Of a DNA stretch of 63,536 nt, positions 28,050 to 38,107 are shown one piece after another. The stretch lies in NCBI GenBank assembly GCA_964461905.1, contig CAYWVI010000003.1, forward strand, positions 1 through 63,536, written 5' to 3'. Numbering within the stretch: position 1 is the first letter of the stretch; each line of letters starts with the position of its first letter. The position numbers were made by a program, and so were the translations under genes. A model generated the notes under the pieces. The model did no database searches. It saw only the letters and a program-made list of their open reading frames with translations, and was not told where the DNA came from. Origin of the DNA: an uncultured Rhizobium sp. GTDB taxonomy: Bacteria > Pseudomonadota > Alphaproteobacteria > Rickettsiales > UBA1997.

Positions 28050-28958
28050 TTATAAAACTGCTTTCTGAATTTTTTTAATTGCACTTTCTTCAATTTGTCT
28101 AATTCGTTCTCGAGATACTTTATAAATCTGGCTTAATTCTTCTAATGTCATTGGATTTTCTGACATTTGTCTTTTGGTCAAAATATCTTTTTCGCGATCA
28201 TTTAAATCAGCAAAAGCCTTTTTAAAAGCTGTTTCTTGACGTGATCTTTCTTGGTTTGCTATCGCAATTTCTTCTTGTCCAAGATCTTTTGAAGCAATCA
28301 AGTCAACTGCTTCAATTCCATCATCTTCATCACCAATTACGTTGTTTAAGGAAGAGTCAGATTGGGTGAGACGAGAATCCATTTCGATTACTTCTTTTTG
28401 ACTAACTCCTAAATCGTCAGAAATTTTTTTAATTTGATTTGGTTGTAATGCTTTGCCATCGGTGGCATTAATTTTTTTCTTAATTTTATGCAGGTTAAAA
28501 AACAGTTTTTTTTGCGCTGAGGTTGTTCCAATTTTTACTAAAGACCAAGAGCGCAATATGTAATCTTGAATATAAGCTCTAATCCACCACATAGCATAAG
28601 TAGCAAAACGAAAACCTTTTCGTGGATCAAATTTTTTTACTGCTTGCATTAACCCAAGGTTACCTTCTGAAACTATATCAACCATTGGCAAACCATATTT
28701 TCTAAATTTAGTGGCCATTTTTGCTACTAAACGCAAATGGCTTTGAACTAGAATTTTTGCAGCTTCTTGATCTCCAGTTTTGGCGTATCTTTCGCCATAT
28801 TCTTGTTCTTCTTCCTTGGTTAAAATAGGAAACTTCTGAATTTCACGTAAATATTGAAGAAAGCTTCTATCTTGCGATCTGGTTAAACCGCGTTCTTTAA
28901 TCTGGAGTTGTTTTGAATCAGTGCTTGTGTCTGATAAATTAATTTTTTCTTGAGTCAT
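28050..28958 (-). CDS. rpoH: RNA polymerase sigma-32 factor
   Basis: LMQAVKKFDP..GFRFATYAMWWIRA, RpoH box QKKLFFNL, VSRERIRQIE. Confidence 0.95.
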   Translation of the reverse strand: MTQEKINLSDTSTDSKQLQIKERGLTRSQDRSFLQYLREIQKFPILTKEEEQEYGERYAKTGDQEAAKILVQSHLRLVAKMATKFRKYGLPMVDIVSEGNLGLMQAVKKFDPRKGFRFATYAMWWIRAYIQDYILRSWSLVKIGTTSAQKKLFFNLHKIKKKINATDGKALQPNQIKKISDDLGVSQKEVIEMDSRLTQSDSSLNNVIGDEDDGIEAVDLIASKDLGQEEIAIANQERSRQETAFKKAFADLNDREKDILTKRQMSENPMTLEELSQIYKVSRERIRQIEESAIKKIQKAVL

Positions 28959-29025
28959 TTGTTTGTTTTTTCTTCTATCTGATTCTTAATCAAATTTGAA
29001 GCTAAGGTAATTTATTTTGTACAAG

Positions 29026-29901
29026 TTACAAGCCAGAGACGCTAATTTTATATTTTTTTGATAGATAATTCATAACATCTTTACGCTCCTGCATTTTCAA
29101 AGGGCGATTATAAACAATGACTTCTGAAATTAGACCATTAAATCCGCTAGAACCGCTTTTATTAGTTCCAATAGTTAGACCGGTAAGTTGATTAGATCCA
29201 GAATTTCCGGATCCAACAGCGGTAGTTGCATTGTTAACAAAAACTTGTGAAGAGGTTGTGTTAAAGTAAGCTGCAATAACGTAGTCATTTCCGGCAGTGA
29301 AAGTAGTTGAGGAGCTGTTAGAAGTTCCAGCATTAAGAATGATTGCAGTATCTTGAATGCTAATTGATGCAGTTGGGCTTCCAGAAGATCCAGAATCTAA
29401 AATTGTTTGAATTGTTGAGCTTGAAGTATTAGGTCGTATAACAAGAAAAATAGTGTTTTGAAGTGATGTTCCTTGGTAAAAATTTGTTGATAACCCGCTA
29501 TTAGAGATTGTGAACTTTGCATTTGATGCGCCGCTAAATTTAACGCTTGGAGTAGAATTAATACCACTTGCAACAAAAGTTATGTCTGAACTTGAACTAA
29601 CTAGCTGATTTTTTTTAGTTGCTCCAAAAATATTAGAATTAGATCCGGGAGTTAAATCATACCAAGCTGTTAAAGATTTGCCTTCAGAAGCTTCACTGCC
29701 GTTGAAAGATTCTTTCATTGCTGCTTCATACCAAGCAACTATTCCAGAAATTTCAATGGTTGGTGATTTTGAAGTAAAAAGCCTAGTATTGGAAATTTTA
29801 GCTGCACGAATCATGCCTACTCCTGCAATCACTCCAGCAATTAAAATTCCTGTAATGACTGCAACCATTGATAATTCTAATAAGGAGTAGGCTTTTTTCA
29901 T
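29026..29901 (-). CDS. Prepilin-type N-terminal cleavage/methylation protein with LamG-like jellyroll domain
   Basis: KKA/YSLLELSMVAVITGILIAGV class III signal; C-terminal G.ISEVIVYNRPL...ERKDV.NYLSKKY. Confidence 0.8.
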   Translation of the reverse strand: MKKAYSLLELSMVAVITGILIAGVIAGVGMIRAAKISNTRLFTSKSPTIEISGIVAWYEAAMKESFNGSEASEGKSLTAWYDLTPGSNSNIFGATKKNQLVSSSSDITFVASGINSTPSVKFSGASNAKFTISNSGLSTNFYQGTSLQNTIFLVIRPNTSSSTIQTILDSGSSGSPTASISIQDTAIILNAGTSNSSSTTFTAGNDYVIAAYFNTTSSQVFVNNATTAVGSGNSGSNQLTGLTIGTNKSGSSGFNGLISEVIVYNRPLKMQERKDVMNYLSKKYKISVSGL

Positions 29902-29913
29902 GTGCATAATTTT

Positions 29914-31392
29914 TTAAGCAAACCAAGTTGTAACTGGAGTTTTAGCCGCTTTAACATCGTCTAATCTTCTTCTTGGAGTATGAAGAGGATAATTGTGGAA
30001 TTTATCTCCTCTATTTTGTTCAACTTCTTTTGCGATGAAAATCATGGTATCAATAAATTCATCAATTGTTTTTTTGCTTTCTGTTTCTGTTGGTTCAATC
30101 AACATTGCTCCAGAAACAACTAGTGGGAAAAAAGTTGTCATTGGGTGGATGCCGTATTCAACTAATGCCTTAGCAATATCAAGTGTGCTGATGCCTTTTT
30201 CTTTTTGAATTTTATCAGTTAATAAACATTCATGCATGCAGTTGCCAGAAAATGGAACATGGTAATAATCTTTCAATTTTGCCAAAATGTAGTTTGCAGA
30301 AAGAACTGCATCTTCAGCAACTTTTTGTAAACCATCAGCACCATGAGAAAGCATGTAGGTTAGGGCGCGAACATGCATTCCGAATTGTCCGTTAAATCCT
30401 TTAACTTTTCCGCAAGTAGATTTTGGAGCGTAAAGTTTGTAAACGTCACCTTCTTTTGTAACGTGAGGAGTTGGTAAAAATTCAGCTAATTCAGCACGAA
30501 CTGCAATTGGTCCAGAACCCGGTCCACCGCCACCATGTGGAGTTGAAAAAGTTTTGTGAAGATTGAAGTGCATCACGTCAACACCAATATCGGCAGGGCG
30601 AACTTTACCTACAATTGCGTTGTAGTTTGCACCATCGCAATAGAAATATCCGCCAACTGAGTGAATTAAATCAGCAATTTCTTTAATATTTTTTTCGAAC
30701 TTACCACAAGTATTTGGGTTGGTAATCATTGTTCCTGCAATGGCTTTTCCATGTTCAGCAACTAATTTTTTTAAAGCTTCAACATCAATTAAACCTTCTT
30801 TATCAGAAGGAATTACTTTGATTTGAAAACCACACATTGCCGCAGTTGCAGGGTTTGTTCCATGAGCTGAATCTGGAATCAAAATAATTTTACGAGTTTG
30901 GGCTTCGCCTTTTTTCTCGTGAGCTTTTTTAATTACTAAAATTCCAGCAAATTCACCTTGCGCGCCAGCTGCTGGAGCAAGAGATGCGGCTCCTAAACCA
31001 GTTAAAGTTGAAAGCCAATTTTGCAAATTATACATCAATTCTAATGCGCCCTGAACAGTTGATGGATCTTGTAAGGGATGAATATCGGCAAATCCTGATA
31101 AGCGCGCCATTTTTTCATTTAGGCGTGGATTATGCTTCATGGTGCAAGATCCAAGTGGATAAAACCCAGCATCAATTGAGTAGTTTTGATTTGACAAGCG
31201 TACGAAGTGACGAATTACAGTTGGCTCGTTAACTTCTGCAAGACCAATCGTTTTGCGAGAATCTTGACCAGTGCGTAAAGAAAATGTCTCAACTTCTGGT
31301 AAATCAACACCGCAAGCACCAACAGTTGATTGTTTAATTAAAAGTTCAGTTTCGTGATTTAAACCACCGATTTCTTGAGGGATAAAAGTCAT
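29914..31392 (-). CDS. gcvPB: Glycine dehydrogenase (decarboxylating) subunit 2
   Basis: YPLGSCTMKHNP, SAHGTNPATA, HFNLHKTFSTPHGGGGPG, MLIEPTETE. Confidence 0.96.
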   Translation of the reverse strand: MTFIPQEIGGLNHETELLIKQSTVGACGVDLPEVETFSLRTGQDSRKTIGLAEVNEPTVIRHFVRLSNQNYSIDAGFYPLGSCTMKHNPRLNEKMARLSGFADIHPLQDPSTVQGALELMYNLQNWLSTLTGLGAASLAPAAGAQGEFAGILVIKKAHEKKGEAQTRKIILIPDSAHGTNPATAAMCGFQIKVIPSDKEGLIDVEALKKLVAEHGKAIAGTMITNPNTCGKFEKNIKEIADLIHSVGGYFYCDGANYNAIVGKVRPADIGVDVMHFNLHKTFSTPHGGGGPGSGPIAVRAELAEFLPTPHVTKEGDVYKLYAPKSTCGKVKGFNGQFGMHVRALTYMLSHGADGLQKVAEDAVLSANYILAKLKDYYHVPFSGNCMHECLLTDKIQKEKGISTLDIAKALVEYGIHPMTTFFPLVVSGAMLIEPTETESKKTIDEFIDTMIFIAKEVEQNRGDKFHNYPLHTPRRRLDDVKAAKTPVTTWFA

Positions 31393-31400
31393 TGTTTTTT

Positions 31401-32678
31401 CTAGTTTAAGATTTTTTCTAATTCATTGGCAAAAGCTTCAATATCTGAAGTGCTGGTTAGTTCATTAACAGCAACAATCATTTTATTTTCTTGAGCAAAG
31501 CCACCAATAATATTTTTTGCTAAAAGTTTTTTATTTACTTCTGCTGCGTTTTTTGAAAGTTCAATTGTAAATTCATTAAAGAAGCTTTTATTTACAAGTT
31601 TTACTCCATTAACTTTTGTTAATCTATCTGCCATCTCACAGGCTTTTTTGTGATTAATTAAAGCAAGTTTTTTAAAACCATTTTCACCAAGAAGTGATGC
31701 ATGAATTGTAAATGCAGTTGCACATAAACCCTGATTTGAACAGATGTTTGAAGTTGCTTTTTCACGGCGAATATGTTGTTCACGGGCATTTAGGGTTAAA
31801 ACATATCCAGATTTTCCATCAATGTCAGTTGTTGCACCGCAAATTCTTCCAGGCATTTGACGAACAAATTCTTTTTTGCAGGCAAAAAATCCTAAAAGCG
31901 GTCCACCAAAATTTAAACCAACACCAATTGAAGAAGCTTCACCAACGCAGATATCTGCTTGTTTTGGAGCTTCTAACAAACCAAGAGAAAGAATTTCGTT
32001 AGTAACACAAATTAACAAAGCACCAGCAGCGTCGCATTTTTTTCTAACTTCATCTAAATTATTTACCTCACCGAAAAAATCTGGATATTGAACAACCACA
32101 GCAGCGCAAGATTCATCAACGTTTGCAACTATTTTTGAGTCGTGCAAATCAAGAGAAGTTTTAGTAACTTCTAAATAATCAGGATGAACATTGCCAAGAA
32201 CTGCAATATTTTTACGACCAGATTTAATACGCATTGCCATTAAACATGCTTCAGAAGTAGCGGTTGCACCATCATACATTGAGGCGTTTGCAATTTCCAT
32301 TCCTGTCAAAAGAGCAATAATGCTTTGGAATTGAAAGATAACCGCCAGAGTTCCTTGAGAAATTTCTGGTTGATAAGGTGTATAAGAAGTTAAAAATTCA
32401 GAGCGCTGAATAATATGATCAACAGCAGATGGAATGTGATGTTTGTAGCATCCAGCACCCAAGAAAAAAGGACCATCAGAAGCTGGTCGATTTTTTTTGG
32501 CAAGATTGTTTAAAGTTTTTTCAACTTCAATTTCACCTTGATGATTTGGCAAAGTATCAATTGGTTTTTTAAGTAAAAGTTCTGATGGCACTGAATCATA
32601 CAGTTCATCAATTGAAGAAACACCAATTGCTGCAAGCATTTCTTTTTGGTCTTTCTCAGTTAAGGCTAAATAGCGCAT
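31401..32678 (-). CDS. gcvPA: Glycine dehydrogenase (decarboxylating) subunit 1
   Basis: FLTSYTPYQPEISQG, NASMYDGATA, REQHIRREKATSNICSNQ. Confidence 0.96.
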   Translation of the reverse strand: MRYLALTEKDQKEMLAAIGVSSIDELYDSVPSELLLKKPIDTLPNHQGEIEVEKTLNNLAKKNRPASDGPFFLGAGCYKHHIPSAVDHIIQRSEFLTSYTPYQPEISQGTLAVIFQFQSIIALLTGMEIANASMYDGATATSEACLMAMRIKSGRKNIAVLGNVHPDYLEVTKTSLDLHDSKIVANVDESCAAVVVQYPDFFGEVNNLDEVRKKCDAAGALLICVTNEILSLGLLEAPKQADICVGEASSIGVGLNFGGPLLGFFACKKEFVRQMPGRICGATTDIDGKSGYVLTLNAREQHIRREKATSNICSNQGLCATAFTIHASLLGENGFKKLALINHKKACEMADRLTKVNGVKLVNKSFFNEFTIELSKNAAEVNKKLLAKNIIGGFAQENKMIVAVNELTSTSDIEAFANELEKILN

Positions 32679-32805
32679 TTTGTTTTATTTTATAAATATG
32701 GAGGGAAATTCTTTAAGATATCGATTAGGTTATTTTTGGTGTAAAAACTGATCGGCATTTAGTGTTGTTCTACTCATTTTTTCAAGTTAAATTTTGTGAT
32801 TAAAA

Positions 32806-33801
32806 TTACTTTTCTAAGTCAATATTTGGAATATAAATTTTTTTATATTCAGCTTTTTCTAACTTTGTTTCTGGCGTCTCTTTCTTTGTATTTGATTCAT
32901 CTTTATCATAATGGTTGCTAACGTCAGATAAGTCATCATCTGTTAAATCAGAAATAACACTTTTTAAATCTAAATTTATTAAATCTGTATCAGCTGTAAC
33001 TTTTTCTTCAGATTCCATAATTATTTCTGTAGCTTTTTCTTCAGATTTCATCACTATTTCTGGGGCTTTTATCTTCAATATTTGTTCAACTCTTTCACAA
33101 AAAGATTGATCTAAAAAGAAATTGTCATCCTTAAGACTATTTTGAGTTAGTACATCAATTTTTTCTAAAACTGTTTTAATTTGTTGTTTCGTTTCCCAAA
33201 GTTTTCTTCTCATGTCATTGTCCTTGGCTATTTTTAATTCTTTTTCATAGCGATCCAAGTTTTGTCTATATATTTCAATTGATTCTGAATTAGCTGATGA
33301 GTTCTTAGATATAATTTCTTCAAATAAAAATTTGAGAGTATTTTCATCTATAGTTTGCGCGCCGTTATCTTTTAATTTTTGAATCATCTCACAATTTTGT
33401 GACAAAACAGCTTGTGCAATAAATTTGGAGTCAGATAGATCTGCGTGATTTTCTATTAAATAATCTAAGACATTGTTAAAGCCGGCCTTAATAACTTTTA
33501 GAGTTATTTTGTGAAAATAAGCCTGAGATAATACGGGAGAAGCTAAGTTTGATTGGGAGGAAACTATTCTTTTCAAAAAAAATAATAATAATTCTGAATT
33601 AGAATCTTGAATTGCTTTCTCTGATAGCAAGTCAATATTACGGTAAATATTGATTTTATTAGTAGTGATAGCATTTGCTAATTCGTGAGTTTTGGAGAGT
33701 TTACTTTTATATTTACGGGAATCTTTCCATATTTCTTTTATCTTTTCTTTTTCTTTTTTTCTTAATTCTTCAAAAGAAGGTTTTGGTTCTGAGGATTCCA
33801 C
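32806..33801 (-). CDS. Hypothetical protein with a weak ankyrin-like segment, coiled coils and an acidic tail (GTG start)
   Basis: 331-aa ORF; LDYLIENHAD...AVLSQNCEMIQKLKDNGA; 33-bp internal duplication at 33002/33035. Confidence 0.55.
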   Translation of the reverse strand: MESSEPKPSFEELRKKEKEKIKEIWKDSRKYKSKLSKTHELANAITTNKINIYRNIDLLSEKAIQDSNSELLLFFLKRIVSSQSNLASPVLSQAYFHKITLKVIKAGFNNVLDYLIENHADLSDSKFIAQAVLSQNCEMIQKLKDNGAQTIDENTLKFLFEEIISKNSSANSESIEIYRQNLDRYEKELKIAKDNDMRRKLWETKQQIKTVLEKIDVLTQNSLKDDNFFLDQSFCERVEQILKIKAPEIVMKSEEKATEIIMESEEKVTADTDLINLDLKSVISDLTDDDLSDVSNHYDKDESNTKKETPETKLEKAEYKKIYIPNIDLEK

Positions 33802-33828
33802 GTTATTTAAGTAATAAATTTAATAAAA

Positions 33829-34554
33829 TTAATTATCGCAAAGTTTAATTAAATCAGAAGGATTGATTTTTTTGTCATAAAGAGCGCGACCAACAATTGC
33901 ACCAATCACGCCATTTTTTTCTAAAGTTTTAATTTTTAATACATCTTCAAAACATCCAATTCCACCAGAAGCAATTACGGGAATTTTTAAATTTTGAGCT
34001 AAGTTTTTAGTTCCTTCAAAATCAGCTCCAGATAAAGTTCCATCACGAGAAATATCGGTGTAAATTATTGCCGAAACTCCACAATCTTCAAATTTTTTAG
34101 CAAGTTCTAAAGTTGATATTTCTGAAGTTTCAACCCAACCTTCAGTTGCAACAAAACCATTTTTTGAATCAATTCCAACAACAATTTTTTCAGGAAATTT
34201 TTTGCAGGCTTCAATTACTAATTGTGGATTTTTGGCAGCAACGGTTCCAAGGATAACTCGAGAAACACCAAGACTTAGCCATTTTTCAATTGTTTTTATT
34301 GAGCGAATTCCTCCACCAAGTTGAGTAGGAATTTTAATAGATTTTAATATATTTTTTACAGATTCTTCATTGGCGGTTTCTCCTGCAATTGCGCCGTCTA
34401 AATCAACAATGTGCAAAAATTTAAAACCTAGATCTTCAAATTCTTTGGCTTGCGACGCAGGATTATTATTAAAAATAGTTGCTTGATTCATATCGCCTTT
34501 AAATAAGCGAACGCATTGACCATTTTTTAGATCGATTGCAGGAAAAATAATCAT
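33829..34554 (-). CDS. hisA: ProFAR isomerase
   Basis: MIIFPAIDLK.G.CVRL, QLGGGIR, IYTDISRDG.L.G, IASGG. Confidence 0.96.
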   Translation of the reverse strand: MIIFPAIDLKNGQCVRLFKGDMNQATIFNNNPASQAKEFEDLGFKFLHIVDLDGAIAGETANEESVKNILKSIKIPTQLGGGIRSIKTIEKWLSLGVSRVILGTVAAKNPQLVIEACKKFPEKIVVGIDSKNGFVATEGWVETSEISTLELAKKFEDCGVSAIIYTDISRDGTLSGADFEGTKNLAQNLKIPVIASGGIGCFEDVLKIKTLEKNGVIGAIVGRALYDKKINPSDLIKLCDN

Positions 34555-34717
34555 CTTAATTTTGAATTTTATTAGGGTTTGCAGCAGTTAAATTAGAATT
34601 CTAAGATTTAAAAATCAGGCATTTTTTATGGCCAAAAAACTCTATCTTGCAATCTTAGCTTTAGCGTTTAGAAAACCGACCCGCTTGAATTTCTTCAAGC
34701 ATTTCAATTTTAACAAT

Positions 34718-34792
34718 AGTAGCATTTTGGTGTTCGAAAAGGCTTTGTTTTAAAGGTCTTGATGAATTTTTGCTGCTGTTGATTACTCAACC
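34718..34792 (+). promoter_or_regulatory. Possible structured rpsB 5' leader (S2 autoregulation)
   Basis: AGTAGCA...TGCTGCT outer stem, GGTGT segment, inner AGGCTTT...AAAGGTCT hairpin, ending CAACC before the start; positional analogy only. Confidence 0.3.
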
Positions 34793-34808
34793 AAAATAAA
34801 ATATTACA

Positions 34809-35759
34809 ATGTCTAAACAAGAACTTCCTCATTTTACCATTAAACAGCTTTTAGAAGCTGGTGTTCACTTCGGTCACAAGACTATGCGTCGTAATCCGAA
34901 AATGACCAAATATATCCATACAAATCGTAATGGTGTTAGCATCATTGACCTTAACAAAACGGCAAATCTTTTACATAACTCGCTAAAAGTTGTTAAAGAT
35001 ATCGCAAAAAATAATGGTCGTATTTTATTTATTGGAACCAAAAAACAAGCTATCGAGCCAATTGCAGAAGCTGCAAAAAGATGTGGTCAATATTATGTTA
35101 ATTTCAGATGGTTAGGTGGAATGTTAACAAACTGGAAAACTGTTTCTCAATCAATCAAAACTTTGAAAAAAATTGAAGAACGTCTTACAGGTGATGAAGT
35201 TGATTATAACAAAAAAGAAAAATTAGTTCTTGAAAGAAAAAGACAAAAACTTGAGCAAGCTCTTGGTGGTATCAAAAACATGGGCGGTTCTCCAGACTTA
35301 ATTTTTGTTATTGATACTTTTAAAGAATCTTTAGCAATTGCTGAAGCTAAAAAGCTTGGTGTTCCAATCATGGCTATTCTTGATTCTAACTGTAATCCTG
35401 ATGGAATTGTTTTTCCAATTCCTGGAAATGATGATTCAGCAAAATCAATTAAATTATATTGTCGTTTGATTTCTGATGCGGCGATTGCTGGAACTAAAGA
35501 AAATATGTCAATTGCTGGAATTGATATTAGCAAAATTAGCAATGAAAATATTTCAGAAATGAAAAACGCTGTTGCTGAGAAAAAATCAGCTGAAAAAAGA
35601 TCGGCTCCAAGAAAAGAAAATTCAAAAGATAAAGACGTTAAAAAGAAAGAAATTGTAAGAAAAGAAATGTCTTCTGACAAAGCAGAGGAAAAAAATGCGG
35701 CTGCTAAAAAACCACTTGCAAAGAAGCCAGTTGCTAAAAAACCAGCTGCAAAGAAATAG
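34809..35759 (+). CDS. rpsB: 30S ribosomal protein S2 with Lys/Ala/Pro-rich C-terminal tail
   Basis: LLEAGVHFGH, RWLGGMLTNW, PIPGNDD. Confidence 0.97.
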   Translation: MSKQELPHFTIKQLLEAGVHFGHKTMRRNPKMTKYIHTNRNGVSIIDLNKTANLLHNSLKVVKDIAKNNGRILFIGTKKQAIEPIAEAAKRCGQYYVNFRWLGGMLTNWKTVSQSIKTLKKIEERLTGDEVDYNKKEKLVLERKRQKLEQALGGIKNMGGSPDLIFVIDTFKESLAIAEAKKLGVPIMAILDSNCNPDGIVFPIPGNDDSAKSIKLYCRLISDAAIAGTKENMSIAGIDISKISNENISEMKNAVAEKKSAEKRSAPRKENSKDKDVKKKEIVRKEMSSDKAEEKNAAAKKPLAKKPVAKKPAAKK

Positions 35760-35765
35760 TTCAAT

Positions 35766-35800
35766 TTAACCCCAAGTTTAAATCTTTAAGTTGGGGTTAA
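35766..35800 (+). other. rpsB-tsf intergenic hairpin
   Basis: TTAACCCCAA...TTGGGGTTAA. Confidence 0.6.
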
Positions 35801-35845
35801 ATTTCAAAGAAAAATATCTTTAATAAATTTTAATACCTAAAAAAA

Positions 35846-36760
35846 ATGGCAGATTTAGCTCTTATTAAAAAACTTCGTGAAACCACGGGATGCGGAATTG
35901 CAGATTGCAATAAAGCATTGGCAGAAAATGGTGATGATTTTGAAAAATCAATTGATTGGCTTAGAAAAAAAGGTCTTTCTGCTGCTGGTAAAAAAAGCGG
36001 ACGAGTAACTTCAGAAGGTGCCGTTGCAGTTGTTATTGATGGTAATAAAGCTTCAGTTGTTGAAGTTAATTCTGAAACTGACTTTGTGGCTCGTAATCAG
36101 AAATTCCAAGATTTTACTTCTACAATTGCAAAAATGGCTCTTAATTTTGGCAACGACGTTGAAAAACTTAAAGCTGCAACTTTTGCTGGCTCTTCTCATA
36201 GTGTTGACGAAGAAGTAAAAAATCAGATTGGTGTTATTGGTGAAAATATTAATATCAGAAGAATTGCTGGTTTGGAAGTTGTGAATGGTTCAGTTGTAAG
36301 CTACATCCACAACGCCATCGCTAACAATATTGGTAAAATTGCTGTTCTTATTGCCCTTGAATCACAAGCTGCAAAAGAAGCACAAGAAGAATTTGGTAGA
36401 AAAGTAGCAATGCATATTGCCGCTGCAAAACCTGATGCTTTGTCAATTGAATCAGTTGATCCAGCAAAACTTAACCGTGAAAGCGAAATTTTTAAAGATC
36501 AAGCTCGTGCTTCTGGTAAACCAGAAAGCATTATTGAAAAAATGATTGAAGGTCGTATCAGAAAATATTACGAGGAAGTTGTTTTAATGGAGCAACTTTT
36601 TGTTATGGATGATAAAGTAAAAGTTAAAGATCTTGTTTCTCAGTTTTCTAAAGAACATGGTGAAACTAAAATCACGGGTTTCAAACTTTTCATCCTTGGA
36701 GAAGGGATTGAAAAGAAAGAAAATGATTTTGCTGCCGAAGTGGCATCAATGACCAAATAA
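35846..36760 (+). CDS. tsf: Elongation factor Ts
   Basis: IKKLRETTG.GI.DC.KAL, EVNSETDFVARN, MHIAA. Confidence 0.97.
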   Translation: MADLALIKKLRETTGCGIADCNKALAENGDDFEKSIDWLRKKGLSAAGKKSGRVTSEGAVAVVIDGNKASVVEVNSETDFVARNQKFQDFTSTIAKMALNFGNDVEKLKAATFAGSSHSVDEEVKNQIGVIGENINIRRIAGLEVVNGSVVSYIHNAIANNIGKIAVLIALESQAAKEAQEEFGRKVAMHIAAAKPDALSIESVDPAKLNRESEIFKDQARASGKPESIIEKMIEGRIRKYYEEVVLMEQLFVMDDKVKVKDLVSQFSKEHGETKITGFKLFILGEGIEKKENDFAAEVASMTK

Positions 36761-36788
36761 AAAATGCCTCGAAAGAGGCATTTTTTTT
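36760..36788 (+). terminator. Intrinsic terminator after tsf
   Basis: AAAAATGCCTC-gaaa-GAGGCATTTTTTTT. Confidence 0.85.
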
Positions 36789-36814
36789 GTCTTTATCTTT
36801 AAAAAATTTTTTCA

Positions 36815-37537
36815 ATGCCAAATAAGTCTAATCTTAAATTTAATAGAATCCTTTTTAAAGTCTCTGGAGAGGCAATGATGGGAGATAAAGCTTTTGGACA
36901 TGATTCTGATGCTATAAAAAAAATCTGTAACCAAATTTTATCTGCTCACAAAATGGGATGCGAAATTTGTGTTGTAATTGGCGGGGGAAATATTTTTCGT
37001 GGTATTTCACAAGCTGCTGCTGGAATTGAGAGGGTAACAGCTGACTACATGGGGATGCTTGCAACATGTATTAATGGTTTGGCTTTGCAAAGTGCTTTAG
37101 AAAAATCTGGCCTTGAAACAAGAATGCTTTCTGCAATTCCGATGAACACAATTTGTGAACCATATATTAAACGTCGTGCTGCACGACACTTAGAAAAAGG
37201 TCGTATTATTATTTTTTCAGCAGGCACAGGAAATCCTTTCTTTACAACTGATACGGCCGCTGTTCTTCGTGCTGTTGAAATGGGTTGTGATGGAATTTTA
37301 AAAGGAACACAAGTTGATGGAGTTTATTCGGCTGATCCTAAATTAGATAAAAACGCAATTCGATATGAAAAAGTAAAATATATCGATGTGTTAAAACAAG
37401 ATTTGAAAGTAATGGATCAAACAGCAATTACTTTGGCAAAAGATAATAAATTACCAATTGTTGTCTTTTCGATAAAAGAAGAAAAAGCTTTACAAGAAGT
37501 TGTGTGCGGACAAGGAAAATTCACAGTTATTAATTAA
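36815..37537 (+). CDS. pyrH: UMP kinase
   Basis: [41 protein letters not shown]. Confidence 0.97.
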   Translation: MPNKSNLKFNRILFKVSGEAMMGDKAFGHDSDAIKKICNQILSAHKMGCEICVVIGGGNIFRGISQAAAGIERVTADYMGMLATCINGLALQSALEKSGLETRMLSAIPMNTICEPYIKRRAARHLEKGRIIIFSAGTGNPFFTTDTAAVLRAVEMGCDGILKGTQVDGVYSADPKLDKNAIRYEKVKYIDVLKQDLKVMDQTAITLAKDNKLPIVVFSIKEEKALQEVVCGQGKFTVIN

Positions 37538-37549
37538 TTACTAAAAATT

Positions 37550-38107
37550 ATGATTAACGAATTAACAGATAAAACTCGTAAAAAAATGGAAGATACCATG
37601 AATTCTCTAAAAAGAGATATGGATTCTATTTCAACTGGAAGAGCAACTCCAAACTTACTTGATCCAGTTAAAGTTGAAGTTTATGGGCAGTTTATGCCAC
37701 TTTCTCAAGTTGCTAGTGTTTCAGTGCCAGAAGCTACAACTCTTGCAATTCAGGTTTGGGATCGTGAAAACATTCGTGCAGTTGAAAAGGGAATTATCAA
37801 CTCAAATTTAGGTTTTAATCCTATGGTGGATGGAACTACAATTCGGATTATGATTCCAAAACTAAGTGAAGAACGTCGTAAAGATTTGGTAAAATTGGCT
37901 AAAAAATATGGAGAAGATAAGAAAGTAGCAGCTCGTAACGTTCGTCGAGATATTTTAGATGAGTTTAAAAGAAGAGAAAAAGAAATTGCCGCTTCAAAAG
38001 ATCAAATTCATTCTTTCAATGACATTGTGCAAAAAATCACTGATGAATTTGTAAAAAAAATCGATGATACAATTGCAGCAAAAGAAAAAGAATTAATGAA
38101 AATCTAA
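37550..38107 (+). CDS. frr: Ribosome recycling factor
   Basis: TGRATPNLLD, IPKLSEERRK.LVK, RNVRRD. Confidence 0.96.
   Translation: MINELTDKTRKKMEDTMNSLKRDMDSISTGRATPNLLDPVKVEVYGQFMPLSQVASVSVPEATTLAIQVWDRENIRAVEKGIINSNLGFNPMVDGTTIRIMIPKLSEERRKDLVKLAKKYGEDKKVAARNVRRDILDEFKRREKEIAASKDQIHSFNDIVQKITDEFVKKIDDTIAAKEKELMKI

Noticed and set aside
35690-35759. KKPxAKK tail on S2 as a novelty
   Set aside because: Lys/Ala/Pro-rich S2 extensions are common in Alphaproteobacteria.
35204-35764. 186-aa minus-strand ORF
   Set aside because: Antisense to rpsB; mirrors its Lys/Ala-rich tail.
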